Assembly (NCBI GenBank): GCA_009700485.1
Contig: WLLZ01000002.1
Coordinates: 1-46,700, forward strand
DNA: 46,700 nt
Origin: Actinomycetota bacterium
GTDB lineage: Bacteria; Actinomycetota; Actinomycetes; S36-B12
Direction of reading: 5' to 3'
The notes under the pieces are model-generated. The model was not told the DNA's origin. It did not search any database and saw nothing but the letters and a program-made list of their open reading frames with translations. Position 1 is the stretch's first letter. Each line of letters opens with the position of its first letter. The position numbers were made by a program, and so were the translations under genes. Positions 44,495 to 46,700 of the stretch are shown one piece after another.

Positions 44495-45703
44495 TTATGA
44501 CTTCAACGCATCCAAGGTGACCGGGATGTTCAAGGTCTTATCCCCCCGAACAACGGTGAGCATCACTTGGTCACCCGGGGCATTTGCTCGGATTGTGACT
44601 ATCAACGACGTCGCATCCGCGATCAATTGGCCATTTAACTTGGTGATTAAGTCACCGGTCGCTAGGCCCGCCATCTCCGCTGGCCCATCGCCGGTGATCT
44701 CGGCAACTTTTGCACCGGGGCCGGTGAACGCCATCTCAAGCTTGACTCCAATGACCGGAGTACTTGACGTTCCACTCGAGATAATTTCATCGACGATGCG
44801 CTTAACCGTGTCGAACGGAATTGCAAATCCGAGACCAATCGAACCGGGCTGCCCTAAACCAGTACTCATCGATGCGATTGCTGAGTTCACGCCAATAACC
44901 GCGCCGGTGCTATCAACCAATGGGCCACCAGAGTTGCCCGGGTTGATGGCAGCATCAGTTTGAATCGCATTAATGAAAGCCATCTCACCTTCACCACCGG
45001 CGGTAACGGGCCGGTTTAGAGCACTGACAATTCCCGTTGTCACCGTGCCCTGCAAACCAAGTGGTGAGCCAACAGCTATCACTGAATCACCTACTACTAG
45101 ACCAGCTGATGACCCCATTGCAATCGCATCTAGATTTGTGCGGTCGACTTTGACAACCGCGATGTCGTAACCGGGGTTAGCGCCAACCAATGTGCCATCA
45201 GCCGTGGTGCCGTCAGCAAATGAAACTTGGATTGACCCTGGACTCTTAGCCGAACCCACTACGTGATTGTTTGTCACGATGTAGCCGTCATCACGCATGA
45301 CGAAACCTGATCCGGTGCCACTCCCAGCATCACCGCTGACATCAAGTTGCACCACCGATGGCTGTACCGCGGCAGCAACCGCCGCGATTGAGCCGCTAAC
45401 CGGGGCCGGCAAACTCGAGGCCGCGGCCACCTGCAGCGAACCGGTAGCTAGCGACTCGCGGGCCGCTAAGTACCCGATCGCCCCGCCGATGGTGCCAGCT
45501 CCCAAAGTCATGACGCACGCACCCGCAACGAGGGCCGCGACCCGACCTCGGCGCGAGGGGCGTTGCGCCGAGTTACTCGGCTCATCGGGGTTTGTTGGGG
45601 AATAGGTGGAATATTGGGAATATGGGCTACTTGACCCAGACCAATCAGGCTGCGGGCCTGAGGGCTGCGGTCCTGAAAGTTCAGGGAGTTGCGTTGTCAT
45701 CAT
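44495..45703 (-). CDS. HtrA/DegP-type trypsin-like serine protease with a PDZ domain
   Basis: Catalytic triad contexts TNNHVV, YDIAVVKV and GNSGGPLVD. PDZ segment GAKVAEITGDGPAEMAGLATGDLITKLNG. Pro/Ser-rich N-terminus plus a TM helix. The ATG follows GGTAGGAG. Confidence 0.9.
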   Translation of the reverse strand: MMTTQLPELSGPQPSGPQPDWSGSSSPYSQYSTYSPTNPDEPSNSAQRPSRRGRVAALVAGACVMTLGAGTIGGAIGYLAARESLATGSLQVAAASSLPAPVSGSIAAVAAAVQPSVVQLDVSGDAGSGTGSGFVMRDDGYIVTNNHVVGSAKSPGSIQVSFADGTTADGTLVGANPGYDIAVVKVDRTNLDAIAMGSSAGLVVGDSVIAVGSPLGLQGTVTTGIVSALNRPVTAGGEGEMAFINAIQTDAAINPGNSGGPLVDSTGAVIGVNSAIASMSTGLGQPGSIGLGFAIPFDTVKRIVDEIISSGTSSTPVIGVKLEMAFTGPGAKVAEITGDGPAEMAGLATGDLITKLNGQLIADATSLIVTIRANAPGDQVMLTVVRGDKTLNIPVTLDALKS

Positions 45704-45826
45704 TGCTCCTACCAAGAGTTGGCGTCCTGTAATAGACAGTGGACACCACCTTCTGCGACAATGACAACCGCGAAATGGCCGATTTAGGTAGTCCTGATCT
45801 GCCTTTTACATTGCTCGAACGCTTAG

Positions 45827-45855
45827 GGAACCTCGAGGTCACATGTGGCGTCTGA
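45827..45855 (+). promoter_or_regulatory. possible ECF-sigma-type promoter GGAAC-N19-TCTGA
   Basis: GGAACC at 45827 and TCTGA at 45851, ~38 nt upstream of the ATG at 45893. It resembles sigma-E-type -35/-10 elements, but the spacing is one nt longer than the classical value. Confidence 0.2.
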
Positions 45856-45892
45856 TTCATAAGCGCAAATGAAACGATCGGGGATACCAGAC

Positions 45893-46700
45893 ATGGCCAG
45901 TGGCTCAACGCGCCTGACAGTGGCGCTGACCTGCGTGGCCGCGGTCGTCGCTGCATCCATGTGGGCCACCACCGCCGCCGCTGATATCGCCGGTGACCCG
46001 GCCGCCCCCGTACCATCCGCCTCCCCGGGCCTTGGCACCCTTGAGCCAACACCGGTATCGAGTGCAACACCGATTGCCAGTGCAACTTCGGCAGCGAGTG
46101 ATTCACCATCGGTGACCTCGTCACCAACAGCTACCACCCCAGCAACTGGCGAACAGACTTACCTCATTTCGGTAAGAGCTGGCTCCGAGGCCGCGGTTGC
46201 CGCCAGCATCACCGCACTCGGTGGCACTGTCACCGACACTTTCGATAAAGCCATTAATGGCTTCGCGGCTGACCTGACACCTGAGGACGCCGCGGCGCTC
46301 GCAAAACTTTCTGAAGTCTCACGCGTCGAGGCCGATCAGGTTGTCAGTATCAACGCAGGTGCTGTGTTTTCCGATAGTGGTTGCACGACTAACTCAATGG
46401 GTCGCATAGATGACGGTAGTTCACCATCGACGCCACTTGGATTTAACGCCAACTGGTATGGCACTTCCTACAGCTCTATTTACGTCAACAACAACGGCGG
46501 GATCAGTTTTGATGACGGCCGCGGAGGGTTCAGCGACTGGGGCAGCATTGATCTGACCACAACTAGTCGCCCGCTGGTGCTTCCCCTCTTTACCGATATC
46601 GATACCCGCAATGCGGCCACGTCCGCCGTCACCTACGGCCCACTTAGTGCGGCGGGCAACACCGCGTTCGGCAGCACTTCTGGTTACTGCGTCAACTGGG
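45893..46700 (+). CDS. secreted protein with a peptidase-inhibitor-I9-like propeptide followed by a NIDO (nidogen-like) domain; 3' end outside the window
   Basis: Absent from the ORF track because no stop is reached. My translation: MASGSTRLTVALTCVAAVVAASMWATTAAA (signal), then YLISVRAGSEAAVAASITALGGTVTDTFDKAINGFAADLTPEDAAALAKLSEVSRVEADQVVS (I9-like), then PLGFNANWYGTSYSSIYVNNNGGISF...LPLFTDIDTRN (NIDO-like). Confidence 0.75.
   Translation, partial: MASGSTRLTVALTCVAAVVAASMWATTAAADIAGDPAAPVPSASPGLGTLEPTPVSSATPIASATSAASDSPSVTSSPTATTPATGEQTYLISVRAGSEAAVAASITALGGTVTDTFDKAINGFAADLTPEDAAALAKLSEVSRVEADQVVSINAGAVFSDSGCTTNSMGRIDDGSSPSTPLGFNANWYGTSYSSIYVNNNGGISFDDGRGGFSDWGSIDLTTTSRPLVLPLFTDIDTRNAATSAVTYGPLSAAGNTAFGSTSGYCVNW

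Noticed and set aside
45681-46137. Minus-strand ORFs of 148 and 104 aa between htrA and the window end
   Set aside because: They overlap the plus-strand gene, which has a clear signal peptide and I9 and NIDO motifs, and the htrA promoter region. No motifs are present.

Overview
High-GC, Actinomycetota-like DNA in two parts. Bases ~258-35367 are an accessory block dominated by oxidoreductase and catabolic genes. It carries seven SDR genes (one a pseudogene, two of the mycofactocin-coupled type), two MDR/Zn-ADH genes, an OYE flavoenzyme, a nitroreductase, an ABM monooxygenase, an acyl-CoA dehydrogenase and an FMN alpha-hydroxy-acid oxidase. It also carries a PaaK-like adenylating enzyme, an acetoacetate-decarboxylase-family protein, an FAH-family hydrolase, an amidohydrolase-DUF59-HIT triad, a ribose-type (CUT2) ABC importer and a 2-oxoacid dehydrogenase E1alpha/E1beta/E2 set without E3. 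PucR and TetR regulators are present. The block is littered with decayed mobile-element genes: IS1182-like, IS630-like, ISAzo13, IS3, a tyrosine recombinase and IS21, plus one apparently intact IS6 element. It ends at the 3' end of a tRNA-Lys(UUU) gene (35368-35439, minus strand). To the right of the tRNA the DNA is somewhat lower in GC by my hand counts. That part encodes core or cell-envelope functions: an Asp-box beta-propeller, a lipoprotein, an alpha/beta hydrolase, rpiB, an FGGY kinase, ribokinase, a heparinase II/III-like protein, an MpaB oxygenase, an HtrA protease and a partial I9+NIDO secreted protein. I found no CRISPR array, rRNA gene or recognisable defence or toxin system. The most noteworthy points are the tRNA-bounded mosaic island with nested IS insertions, the orphan mycofactocin-type SDRs, and several uncharacterised translationally coupled gene sets. 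All family calls come from motif recognition in the supplied translations; no database search was possible.
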